Assembly: GCA_030390025.1 (NCBI GenBank)
Contig: CM059431.1
Coordinates: 115,446,001-115,510,000, forward strand
Direction of reading: 5' to 3'
From: Squalus acanthias
Lineage: Eukaryota
DNA length: 64,000 nucleotides
Shown here: positions 48,653-61,115 of the stretch, in pieces
How positions within the stretch are numbered: the first letter of the stretch is position 1
How the letters are laid out: the number at the start of each line of letters is the position of its first letter
Position numbers and translations under genes: made by a program
Notes under the pieces: model-generated
What the model was told of the DNA's origin: nothing
Databases searched by the model: none
What the model saw: only the letters and a program-made list of their open reading frames with translations

Positions 48653-50406
48653 GGGGATAAATTGGCGGCCGCCGCTCTTTCGCCAGCTGGTGGTGGGACC
48701 AGCGGTGGCGGCCATATTGCTCTCCCCCTTTTTGCTGCCAGTGACTGGCAGCGCCCTGAAAAAAAATGGCGGCGTGGTGACGTCAATCGGCGTGCAACAC
48801 TGACTTAACCTCACCAACGCAAACTTTGACCCTAGTGTTGAATTCAGCGCTGGGTCCTAAGCATGCCAGGTTAACCTGGCGTGCAAGCAGGCTGACAGTG
48901 GTGATGTCTGCAGTTCTTAAGGGACATACACATCATTCAGGTAAGTTTGAATTTAAGGGTTTGGACTTTTTAAAAATTTTATTGAAGCGGTGGCTTGCTG
49001 CAATAGATGTGAAAAGTTTTTTAAATGTGTAGGGAGTACTGCTGACGCTTGCAAGGGTTCGGATGGTAACTGAAGGCCTTTGAGAAGACAGAACATGCTG
49101 CGAATACTCAGCAGGTCACATTTGCCTGACCAACTGAGTATTTCCAGCATTTTATGCTGTTATTTCACAGTTACAGCATCCGCTTGCAGAGGGAAGAGGA
49201 AGACGCAGAAGAGGAGGAAGCCAAACAGGAGGAATCAGACAGAAGGATGCATCCCAGACAGCCCCTTTGTAGCCGGAATATCCGGATGGAATCATCTACC
49301 TGCAGTCCCACTGGCTGGGCAGGCTGCCTCTTCTTGTTGACCCACTGGCTGGGCAGGCGGCATTTCTTGGGTGTGTGAAATGAGGAAGGCACAAGGGTGG
49401 AGTTGTGCTGATGGGAGGGTGGGAAAGCAAGAGGTGCATGCCAGAATGAGGATAACGTACGAGGATACCCGCATCTTGTATCCTTTCAGCCCCGCCGCTG
49501 GCCAAGGGCTCAACCATGCCCCTGCCAAGAATGGCCAGCACCGTCTCCTCCAAGGGGGTGAGGTGAGGCTAGGGAGGTGTGAGGTGTGAATGAGATGTGC
49601 CTCGTCATTGGTGCAGATTGTTGGTAGGTGAGTGATTGGGGGTTGTGCATTGAGCAGTGTGTGAGGCTAGTGGTGCAGTTGGTAGGAGACGGCTTTTGAA
49701 GATGCATTCACTGACCTTGACCAGTGGTCTGAGGTCATGAAGCTTCTTTGGGCAGGTGGTGGGGGCGATACTGCTGGCAGTGACGGCCTTAGTGATGTAC
49801 TCCCACATCGTTCATTCCGGAGGGGCTCCTGGCCCCTGTGGGTAGAGGGCCGTTCTTGCAGTGCTGACCCCCTGCACAAAGCTGGAGTGCTGCGTGTCAG
49901 ACCCTTGGTGCCACTTCCCTGGGTTGCTGAGCCATTTGTGTTGGTGCTGAGGCAGTTTTCCTATTTGTTGAGGTTAGGAAGGTAATTCAGATTTAACAGC
50001 TGAATATTCACATTTGGAACTTCTTTTTAATATTGAATATTTCTTAAAAGGCAGAAAGGGCTGAAAAAATTTATGAATTCACTACATTTTATTTTGTATT
50101 GCTTCAGTGTGCATGGCCCCTTTAATTCTCAGACCTCTTCATTGCCCACAATTCCTTGCGAGCTCCACAGCTCCGCTCCCAGAAGCTGTGGGAAGCTGCA
50201 ATGCCGAACCTGGACAGAAACTTTGTCCCGAATCCCTCCAACAACACCACCAGGATGGCGTTGTACGGAAGGTGAGCGCTGCGCCACCTATGTCTATGCC
50301 CCCCAGACCAATTTCACTCGGTTAGCGTTGCGGCCATTTGCAGAGGCCGTTAACTGCAGTTGCTGGTGACATCGGCAACTTTGCTGGCGAACACAAATTT
50401 TTCCCT
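48653..50406. mobile_element. Degenerate, internally deleted Harbinger
   Basis: TIR-like GGGGATAAATT and AATTTTTCCCT; minus-strand Myb remnant WEYITKAVTASSIAPTTCPKKLHDL (49605-49808); acidic transposase-tail-like stretch near 49190. Confidence 0.6.
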
Positions 50407-52039
50407 CTTAATGCCTAAATTAGCCTGTGTACATCAGGTCCAGAATTATCTGTGAGACAATCTTGTTATCCCCCAAACAACCGTCAAAAAGCCTCCCAAC
50501 ACACAAAGATTAATCATTTGGTTGATGTGTTAGAGGGCTGCTGGCACCTTCACCCCAACATGAGTCAATGTCTTCAGAATAGGAGGGGTTTTGTCTTCAT
50601 GAATTCTTATTTATTTAATGTTCTGGACATATGATATAATAACTAAAAGACAGAGGTCGATAGATTCTTGGATACTAAGGGAATCAAGGGATATGGGGAT
50701 AGTGCGGGAAGGTGGTGTTGAGGTAGAAGATCAGCCATGATCTTATTGAATGGTGGAGCAGACTCGAAGGGTCGAATGGCCTACTCCTGCTCCTATTTCT
50801 TATGTTCTTAAAAGCAGGTGCTCAAATTCTAAGTCCCCGAAGTCTCACACTCGAATCACCCTCGTGCTCTCCAGGCTCCGTTACCCCCTCATTCCCGAGA
50901 GTGTCACTTTCAAATTTTGTTGTCCTTTTTCAAATCTCCCAATAGCCTTGCCCTACCCACACTAGTGATTGATTGTCTCCTCCCTTACATTCATGGATGC
51001 CACCATCCCCTTTTCTAACCCTGGACTTCTCCCCCTCACTTCCTCTGCTTCAGCATCATTGAGCTGTTACGTTCCTGCAATCTGGTATTCTTTAACCAAT
51101 TCCCTCTACCCAGCCACCTCCCTCCATTTTCAAAAATCTTTTCAAATCCCTCCTCGTTGACCATGCCTTCAGCTCCTCATCCTAACCTCTCCATTCTCCT
51201 TTTTCCCCATGCTTTGCGTCCACCATATCCCTTTCTTCTTTATTGCAAAACACGCTGATGCATCTTCATACATGAGGAGTGCTCTATAAATGCAACTTAT
51301 TCTCATTGTAATGTGTGTTATTGATTGTTCTATGGAAAATAATTTGAATTGATGAGAATATGTATTTACAGATATGATTAATAAAAATAATAACTTAATG
51401 TGGATGCAAAATGCACAACATGAATACTCAACAATTTCTAACTTTTTTAGAAAAGGGGAAAACATAATACATTGAAATTATTGGATGATGTTTCCATTTC
51501 TGCGAAACATTGGCCTTTTATTGTTGTGCAAAGTTATAATTTTCACTCTGGTACAGTCGGCCTGTTACAAATCATCATAACCATGCGTGGAAGGAGAGGT
51601 ACTGAACAGTACTAAGTCTAAGTCACGCATTTGCAAAGGACAGTTAGCTTCTGGCATAATGGGTCCATTGTACAGATGCTGCTAGGAAGCTCCCATTATC
51701 TTGCACAGTGACAAACCCTCTGGCATAAAACAGTCAGGGGGTGGTGGGGGGCAGGGAGAATCTCCATGGGGGTGGGGGGAGGAAGGGGAGTGGGGTTCTC
51801 CCACTCATCTGCCTTAACTTCGGAGGAAGAGCCATGAAAACCCTGGAAAAACGGCATAAATGTTGATTGCTCTGTTTTTCTGGGGTTTCTGTGATTCTTC
51901 TGCCAAAATTACAGTAGAGGATTGGGGGAATGCCCCGGACATTCATTCACTCGTTTTTTTTGGAAATGCATTTCAGCCTTTTGCATTAGTCTCATCAATG
52001 TCGCGAAGGACACTGATTAAATGTCTCAGGGCAGTGACC

Positions 52040-52840
52040 TAGGCCCTAACATCTTCAGCTGTTTCATCAATGACCTGCCCTCCATCATAAGGTCAGAAGT
52101 GGGGATGTTTGCTGATGATTGTGCAGTGTTCAGTTCCATTCGCAATCCCTCAGATAATTAAGTATTCCATGCCAGCATGCAGCAAGACCGAGACAAAATC
52201 CAGGCTTAGGCTGGTAAGTGGCAAGTAACATTCGCACCACACAAGTGCCAGAGAATGACAATCTCCAACAAGAGAGAGTCTAATTATCTCCCCTTGATAT
52301 TCAATGGCATTAACATCACCGAATCCCCCACCATCAACATCCTGGGGGTCACCCTTGACCAGAGACTCAACTGGACCAGCCACATAAGTGCCATGGCTAT
52401 TAGAGCTTGTCAGAGGCTGGGTATTCTGTGGCGAAAGGCTTGCCCCCTGACTCCCCAAAGCCTCTCCACCATCTACAATGCACAAGTCAGGAGTATAATG
52501 GAATACTCTCCACTTGCCTGGATAAGTGCAGCTGCAAGAACACTCAAAAAGTTCGACACTATCCAGGACAAAGCAGGCCGATTGATCGGTAGCCCATCCA
52601 CCACCTTAAACATCCACGCTCTCCACCACCGGCGTACTGTGGCTGCAGTGTGTATTATCTACAGGATGCATGGTAGCAACTTGCCAAGGCTTCTTCGACA
52701 GCACCTCCCAAACCCATGAAGCCTACCACCTAGAAGGACAAAGGCAGCAGGTGCATGGGAACACCACCACCTCCAAGTTCCGCTCCTAGTCACACACCAT
52801 CCTGACTTGGAAATATATCGCTGTTCCTTCATCGTCGCTG
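52040..52840 (+). mobile_element. CR1-type LINE RT 3' fragment
   Basis: FINDLP...MFADD; ORF 52255-52719 with ILGVTLDQRLNWTSHI and IYNAQVRSIMEYSPLAW. Confidence 0.85.
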
Positions 52841-53696
52841 CTACTTACATATTATAGTTCTTAATATTACATTGAAACACTTGAAACAAAAGCTACACAG
52901 TTATTAAAATATATCCAGCACTATCAATAGTATATTATTACAAAGCTCCTTAAATTAGTTTAGGAAAAGGTGTTAGGGTATATTTTGTTATTTAAGTAGT
53001 AAAGTTTCCGTATCGAATTTTTAATAGATTTAAAGTATCTAAGTAGTGATAAAATTGTGAAACAAAATATTTGTTGCCACTTCTACCGATCTGGTTTACT
53101 CATCTATTAATTTCTACTTTTTTGTGAAGTTGTCCACACAGAAGAAAATGTGGTTCATATTGAATAAATGTTCTCATCACAAACTACAATCTGAGCATTT
53201 GGATACTTATCAATTGCAAGCTTGTACTCATTGCAAGGGTGCTGACAATCTAATTGTTTTTCAGATTCACATGGTTTATGGAGCAATTGGGTTTACATAA
53301 TGCCATCTTGCGTCATGCTGTTTATAATTAGCTTGGCACTGAGGACAGGTGTTGGGAGAGTGACCAATGGGACTATATGGGGTCATTTCATGAGGCTCAG
53401 CTGCCAGTCTGGAGCCTTACAAGCTGTGAGTGTGGGTCGGAGAATTGGGACTACAGTGTTATAACCCTACCTCCAACCTGTGCTTGCACTTAGCAAGGTT
53501 CCCATTGAAGTTATCAATTCCAGTAAAATTATCCATAATATCGGAATCGAGTTCGGAAAAAAATATTTGGTTATTGATCACTATTATTTTCTGTAGTTAT
53601 TTATTGATCACTTGATATTTTAGCCACTCCACCCAGCAATATGCTTAGAGACTACACAATAACATAAACAAGTTCCATCCCACCATCAAACTCACC

Positions 53697-54683
53697 ATGG
53701 ACTACTCCTCAGAATCGGTTTCATTCCTGGACACACGAATCTCCATCAAAGACGGACACCTCAGCACTTCACTCTACCGCAAGCCCACGGACAACCTCAC
53801 GATGCTCCACTTCTCCAGCTTCCACCCTAACCACGTTAAAGAAGCCATCCCCTATGGACAAGCCCTGCGAATACACAGGATCTGCTCAGACGAGGAGGAA
53901 CGCGATGGACACCTACGGACGCTGAAAAACGCCCTCGTAAGAACGGGATATGACGCTCGACTCATCGATCGACAGTTCCGACGGGCCACAGCGAAAAATC
54001 GCATAGACCTCCTCAGAAGGCAAACACGGGACACAACCAACAGGGTACCCTACGTCGTCCAGTACTTCCCCGGAGCGGAGAAACTACGCCATGTTCTTCG
54101 CAGCCTTCAACATGTCATCGATGACGACAAACACCTCACTAAGGCCATCCCCATGCCTCCACTACTTGCCTTCAAACAGCCGCCTAACCTCAGAAGTACC
54201 ATCGTTCGCAGCAAATTACCCAGCTTTCAGGATAACAGCGACCACGACACCACACAACCCTGCCACGGCAAACTCTGCAAGACATGCCAGATCATCAACA
54301 CAGATACCACCATCACACGTGAGGACACTACCCACCAGGTACATGGTACATACTCATGTGACTCGGCCAACGTTGTCTACCTCATACGTTGCAGGAAAGA
54401 ATGCACCGCGGCATGGTACATCGGCGAGACCATGCAGACACTGAGACAACGTATGAACGAGCACCGCGCAACAATCACCAGGCAGGATTGTTACCTCCCA
54501 GTCGGGGAACACTTCAGCAGTCAAGGACATTCAGCCTCGGATCTGCGGGTAAGCGTTCTCCAAGGCAACCTTAGGAACACACGACAGCGCAAAATCATCG
54601 AGCAGAAACTGATAGCCAAGTTCCGCACTCATGAAGACGGTCTCAACCGGGATCTTGGGTTTATGTCACGATACATGACGTGA
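53697..54683 (+). CDS. Penelope RT C-terminus plus GIY-YIG endonuclease (partial, still open)
   Basis: SFLDTRI, LYRKPTD, HFSSFHP, C..C.TC, VVYLIRC..WYIGET, GLNRD. Confidence 0.85.
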   Translation: MDYSSESVSFLDTRISIKDGHLSTSLYRKPTDNLTMLHFSSFHPNHVKEAIPYGQALRIHRICSDEEERDGHLRTLKNALVRTGYDARLIDRQFRRATAKNRIDLLRRQTRDTTNRVPYVVQYFPGAEKLRHVLRSLQHVIDDDKHLTKAIPMPPLLAFKQPPNLRSTIVRSKLPSFQDNSDHDTTQPCHGKLCKTCQIINTDTTITREDTTHQVHGTYSCDSANVVYLIRCRKECTAAWYIGETMQTLRQRMNEHRATITRQDCYLPVGEHFSSQGHSASDLRVSVLQGNLRNTRQRKIIEQKLIAKFRTHEDGLNRDLGFMSRYMT

Positions 54684-55016
54684 TCCGGACTCGAGTCGTC
54701 ATTGGCTTGTTCACAGATGTGATTCCCAGTAAAAAAGTAAAAATTTTCCCAGTAAAAAAGTAAAACTTTTTTACAGCTTATCGTTTTACATACAGACGGC
54801 AGCTTTTGACACGTTAGACCCCCTGCGACTCCACCTCATTGTCTCAGTTGTATCTTGCTATGTCTTTGATGTGGTACCTTCCTGGCTGACCTGATTAACT
54901 TTATCACACCTCGGCAGATAGTCAGGATGATTTAATTTAGTTGTCTGCAATTGTAAGGTACACATGCATTGTTCTCTATCTATATATGCTTTGTCGAGTC
55001 TGTATTTCTTTACTAC

Positions 55017-55059
55017 TTCACCTGAGGAAGGGGCGATCGATAGCTCCGAAAGCTTGTGA
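55017..55059 (+). ncRNA. Minimal type-I hammerhead ribozyme-like motif
   Basis: Stem I UCAC/GUGA, CUGAGGA, stem II GGGGC/GCUCC, GAAA, palindromic AGCU stem III. Confidence 0.68.
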
Positions 55060-56707
55060 TTTCAAATAAAACTGTTGGACTATAACCTGGTGTTGTGCGA
55101 CCTCTCAATAGAGTAAACTACTCATGGCAGCACTGAGAGATTTATTTATGCTTGTTACCTAGTTGTGAGAATCTGTGGTATGAATGGCAAAAAGTTAAAG
55201 AACACTTCTTAGAATAACACAATAGCTTGATTGACCTGCAACCAAGAAGTGATCACACATCAATTTCCAAATCGCTCCTTGGTTCCAAATGACACACATA
55301 ATACAAGATATTTCGTTTACAGGTGAATGGAGACATGCGGGTTAATTTGAACTTGCCGAAATCCTTGTTAATGGGATGGTAACAGTCTTAGAATGGGGCC
55401 GATAGACTTACCAGCCTGTTAATGCCAACGCTCTGCCTATTGCCACTTTTACAGGAGTCGACTGCTTAATATACACATCAGGGTCCTATGACGTAGAAGG
55501 GACCCTGATTTCCATTTTAGGGTAGAACTGGTCGGAACCTGCTCCGCACACGCTCCGACCAGTTTTACGGGCGATAAAGCAGAGTAGGTCCTGAAAGGTA
55601 AATTTCTAATTATTTTTCTTGTCCAGGCAGATCAGGTGCGATCATTCGGGTCCCACATAACTGACCTGGGCCGCTGCTGCCCTGAGCTCTCCCCCTTCCA
55701 CGATCGCGGCTCATATTTGGTTATCATAAGGCAGATCTCTGCGCATATTGTGTTTGAAGTTTAAGAAAAAAATCAAGTACTAAATGGAGATTAGATTGAA
55801 AAAACCTATTTAAATGAAAGTAGATAATGTTTCAAGACTGGGTTGAATTAAATCAGTAATTCCCCTGGGGGAAGGCCAGAGAAACACTATGTGAAATACT
55901 TTCTAATAATCTGATTCATACTAAGGGAAAACAATCTTCAAATCAAACCAAAGGAAAAATCCCTTCTTCTGTTATATGAAAAACAATTATGCTCTTCCCT
56001 TGGTTGAATTCTTCAGCCTTTACAACATAGATTCTATTGAATTAAAGTTCCAAAACTTAAAAAATCAAATCTGTACAACCTGTTTTGGGGATTACAGGAG
56101 TAAGTATTAATGTCAACACATAGTTACTTATACTTAAAAGTTTTGTTAAAGTAAATTAAAAGTTGGTTAAAATGACATTAGGGTCCTGCGTATGCCGTGG
56201 GATCCCGATTTGCATTTATTAACAAGGCTCCCAATGGAGTCTGGTCGGGACCTCATCCATTGCCAAAACCAATGGTGCTAAATGGGGAATCAGCAGTAAC
56301 AGAGTGGGAAACGGTACCGGCCCATTTTAACTGCTCCTCTGCTCTTCTCCCACCGATTGTGTAGTGTTAAAATTCCTCCTCGTATTTCAGGTCCTGAACC
56401 ACCCACATCCAACAATGAATTTAGATTTCCATCACAAGCAGAAACCTAGCGAAATCTGAAGTGAAATTTCATGAAGTATGCAGATATACAACAACATTAC
56501 CCTCAATTGTTTAAATGTGGAAAGGATTGTTACTATAATAAATTGTAATTTCTGTGAAATTGGACCAAAAATTGGAAAACCTCCATTGAGCACTTTGGAC
56601 CAAACACTGCAGTATATAAATTACATTGCTTGAATTCTTTGCAATAATTATTTATTTTGGCTTTAGTTAGCGTCAACAGTTTTGGAAATGTAACCCTCAA
56701 TGTAACA

Positions 56708-57098
56708 GAAAGAAAGAAAGAAAGAAAGAAAAATTGAATTTATATAGCACGTTTCACAATCTCAGGCTGTCCCAAAGCGCTTCACAGTCAATGAAGTACT
56801 TTTGAAGTGTAGTCTATTGTAATGTAGGGAAACATGACAGCCAATTTGTGCACAGTAAGGTACCACAAACAGAAATGAGATAAATGAACAGATAATCTGG
56901 GGTTTTTTAGATGTTGATTGAGGGATATATGTTGGCCAGGACACCAGGAGAACTCCCTGCTCTTCTTTGAATAGTGCCATGGGATCTTTTACGTCCACCT
57001 GAGGGGGCTGATGGGGCCTCGGTTTAACGTCTAATCTGAAAGAAGGCACATCCTACAGTGCAGCACGCCATCATTACTGCCTGAAATGTTGCCTAGAT
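56708..57098 (-). mobile_element. SacSINE/DeuSINE-like SINE
   Basis: (gaaa)n tail and reverse-complement match to the SINE body. Confidence 0.8.
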
Positions 57099-57359
57099 TA
57101 CCATACCATTGTACTCTTGACCCAAATATTAATGGTTCACACACAATAAATGAAAGCAAACTTATGATCCAGCAAGATGTAGACTCATTTGCTCATATTT
57201 TCCAATTTCTGCTGTGCTTGTTGTGGGGAGGCACTGCATGGAGACCAGCTAATTTCCCACAGGGTGCAAAGGAAATTTGAAATTGATTATAACATTGGGT
57301 TAGGAAGGAGACATCAGCTGGGATTCCTGATTCTAATTGCTATTCCAGTATCCCTGCTG

Positions 57360-57700
57360 GAAGTGGTAGCACTCTCATCACTGAGTTAGAAGGCTGTGGG
57401 TTCAAGTCCCAATCCAAGGTCTTGAGCACAAAATCTAGGCGGACACTCCAGTGTAGTACTGAAGGAGTGCTGCACTGTCAGAGGTGCCGTCTTTCAGATG
57501 AGTCTGCCCTCTCAGGTGGACGTGAAAGATTTCATGGCAATATTTCGAAGAAGAGCAGGAAAGTTCTCCTGGTGTCCTGGCCAATATTTATCGCTCAATC
57601 AACATCACTAAAAACAGTTATCTAGTCATCTTCACATTACTGTTTGTGGGAGCTTGCTGTGTGTAAATTTCCTACTCACAACAGTACTTCATTGGCTGCA
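57360..57700 (+). mobile_element. SacSINE/DeuSINE-like SINE with head
   Basis: B box ggttcaagtcc and central domain. Confidence 0.75.
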
Positions 57701-57701
57701 A

Positions 57702-58465
57702 ACAACAACAACAACTTGCATCTATATAGTGCCTTTAACGCAGTAAAACATCCCAAGGCGCTTCACAGGAGCAATTATCAAACAGAATTGGACACCGAGC
57801 CACAACAGAGATATTAGGACAGGTGACCAAAAACTTGGTCAAAGAGGTAGGTTTGAAGAAGTGTCTTAAAGGAAGAGAGAGAGAGGCAGAGAGGTGGAGA
57901 GGTTTAGGGAGGGAATTTGTGAGCTTAGGGCCGAGGCAGCTGAAAGCACGGCCGCCAATAGTGGAGTGAAGAAAATCAGGGATGCTCAAGAGGCCAATAT
58001 CGTAGGAGCATAGAGATCAGAGAGTTGTATGGCTGGAGGAGATTACAGAGATCGGGAGGGGTGAGGCCATGGAGGGATTTGAAAACAAGGATGAGAATTT
58101 AAAATCAAGGCGTTGCCAGACTGGGAACCAATGTAGGTCAGTGAGCACAGGGGTGATGGGTGAATGGGACTTGGAGCAAGTTAGGTTATGGGTAGCAGAG
58201 CTTTGATGAGCTCAAGTTTACGGAGGGTGGGAGCCTAGCCAGGAGAGCATTGAAATAATCAAGCCTAGAGGTAACAAAGGCATGGATGAGCACTTCAGGA
58301 GCAGATGAGCTGAGGCAGGGTGGAGACAGGCGATGTTATGGAGGTGGAAGTAGGCGGTCTTGGTGATGGAGAGGATATGGGGTCAGAAGCTCAGCTCAGG
58401 GTCAAATAGGACGCCAAGGTTGCAAACAGTCTGGTTCAGCCTAAGACAGTGGCCATGGAGAGGGA
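57702..58465 (-). mobile_element. L2 LINE 3' fragment
   Basis: (caa)n tail plus cttgcatctatatagtgcc; colinear with 44270-44820. Confidence 0.78.
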
Positions 58466-60271
58466 CTGAACTGCTTTGGGACGTCCTGAGGTTGTGAAAG
58501 GTGCTATATGAATGCAAGTTCTTAATTTTTCTTCTATGCAAGACATTTATATTTTAATCATTATTCAGGTATTGGAATATTTTCCTTTCCTGTTTGTCTC
58601 TGCAACTGCAAACAAATAGGACATGAAATTGGTATTAATTGTAAATCATAGCTGAACCACAACAGGGCTGAGGCTCTGTCTACAATTCTAGACAAAATTA
58701 AAACAAGCAGCATGATTAGTGGAAACATTTGTCTGTGCACTTATGAACCCAGAGTCATATCTCCAGTTGGCTGATTAGGAGTCCATTTTTTCCTAATCAA
58801 ATTTCAACAATTTCCTTTACAAGAGAAAAAATAAAATCAGCTTATCTTTGGCAAACTGACAGAAGTACAGCTGGGGGACATGCTAGCAATCACAAAGCAA
58901 TTCAGAAAAAAACCGTTCTGTGATTAGCCAGTAATGAACAGAGTGCTGTAGAATTAATTGGCACATAGCAAGTGTTTTGAAATGCATTCATTTTAAATGA
59001 ACTCACACATTTGTGTTCATTACTGCTGTGCTTTGAAACACCAGAGATTGTGCTGATGCAAAACATTGTTGGACTTTTTTTGGGCCAGGTATGATAATTC
59101 TGTGCATACACACCAAGTTGGCTGCTCTCATTTTAGCAATCTACAGAAGATAAATTTCTAATAAATCATTGTCGTGACTGGTGGTGCATCAAAGTTACAG
59201 ATACACGCATCCCTTTGCAATGCACCGAAGGACACAGTATGATGAAATCACCACTAACATTTCTTTAAAATGGAAATCTTAATTTGTCATATTCTATTTC
59301 TAATGTTTGTAGTAGGTTTATTTTCTATTTTAATGATTTTAATGTTTCCGTATTTCATATTTGTGGGATTTTTTTGATGCACTAATTTCCATTAGCTACT
59401 GACAACAAGCTTACTGTGAGAATTGTCCCTTAGCTACACATTGACTTACTAGCCAAATGGTGCCCCGCATACTTTGTGGAGCAGGTCGGTCTGCTTATGC
59501 TCTGCATCCCAGCACCGTTCAACTGCTTGACGCTGTATTTGAGATCAGCAGCGCACTAACTGGGAAATGTTCAGCAGAGCAGAGGAGGTAAAGAAAATCG
59601 CCAAGAGCTTCAAGTCTCCAGCGTAGTGTAGTGACACCAAGCCAGTGCCACCTATTGGGAATTCTTGCATGAAATTTAGTAACCTAACAAATCTTTTGAG
59701 AACTACTATCAGTTTGACTTTGAAAAAAATTACATTATTAATACCAATAACCATTACCTATTGTCATTATATTTACTTCTTGTTCATAAAGGTTTGCCTA
59801 GTGCATGTCACCAAGTAGATACAATATGGCCGGTATATAGCATTGTTATCAAGAAAGGTACACATTGCAGTCAATTCTGCTGCCTCAATGTTGTTCACTG
59901 CAACATTTATTTGCTTATTTATCTAGAATTCAAAGTAAAATATGAATGTATTTTTTTATTCAACATTCTTTACATACTTTAGGTGATCTTGGCTGAGACA
60001 GCACTATGGATACTGCAATCAGTGTCAGTACTTCTAGGTTAAGGGAGGGAAAAATCAGTGGGAATGCTCTTATTACTACCCAATGACCTTTGTCTTGTAC
60101 GTAAGTGGATGTTGGATGAGGAGAGTTTAGAGTTCAATTGTGATGGACTCTATGATTGAATAGGTTGTCAACATCCATTGTTCAGGCTCAAAGATGAAGA
60201 ATAACCATCTGACGGAAGTGCAGAAGGTCATCCAACTGTGCCTCAGCATGAATCAAGGCCTTCAGGAGAGA

Positions 60272-60738
60272 AAGAAAGAAGAACCTGCATTTATATAGCA
60301 CCTTTCATGACCTCAGGACATCCCAAGGCGCTTTACAGCCAATGAAGTACTTTTGAAGTGCAGTCAATGTTGTAATGTAGGAAACACGGCAGCCAATTTG
60401 CACAAAGCAAGGTCCCACAAACAGCAACGTGATTATAACCAGATAATCTTTTTTTTTAGTAATGTTGGTTGAGGGATAAATATTGGCCAGGACATTGGTG
60501 AGAACTCCCATACTCTTCTTCGAAATAGTGCCATGGGATTTTTTACGACCCCTGAGAGGGCAGACGGAACCTCGCTTTAATATCTCATCCGAAAGACGGC
60601 ACCTCCGACAGTGCAGCACTCCCTCAGTACTGCACTGAAGTGTCAGCCGAGATTTTGTGCTCAAGTCTCTGGATTGGAACTTGAACCCACGACCTTCTGA
60701 CTCAGAGGTGAGAGTGCTACCACTGAGGCATGGCTGAC
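60272..60738 (-). mobile_element. Full-length SacSINE/DeuSINE-like SINE
   Basis: Reverse complement of 42306-42771, including A and B boxes. Confidence 0.85.
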
Positions 60739-60851
60739 AGAGAAGATGAAACTGGGAAAAATTGGAGCGAAATTTAAGAGATTAGGGAATATAATCTCAA
60801 AGCAGTGATTGTGTTGTTGTACAATATATTAGTACAAATGAATGCATAAAG

Positions 60852-61115
60852 GCATGGTAGGGTAGTGGTATGTTACTGGGCTAGCAATCCAGAGGCCTTA
60901 TCCTACAATAACAAATATGAGTTCAAATCCCACCATGGCAGTTTGCGAATATGGTTCAGTTTAAAAAAAGTTGGTATCAGTAAAAGTGACCATGAGCCTG
61001 TCAGATTGTTATAAGAATCCCAACTGGTTCATTAGCTTCCTTTAGGGTCTATGTGGTTGACTGTTCTCTGTGTATCAAGCGAATGGTCCTTTGCCCACAT
61101 CCTGAGAATGAATTT
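60852..61115 (+). mobile_element. tRNA-derived SINE with CR1-type tail
   Basis: B box gagttcaaatccc; ends gcccacatcctgagaatgaat like the CR1 tails in this window. Confidence 0.55.

Larger units (their letters stand above)
53652..55110 (+). mobile_element. Penelope-like element, 5'-truncated, with pLTR
   Basis: RT-thumb and GIY-YIG ORF followed by a pLTR with aataaaactgttggactataacctggtgttgtg tail. Confidence 0.92.
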
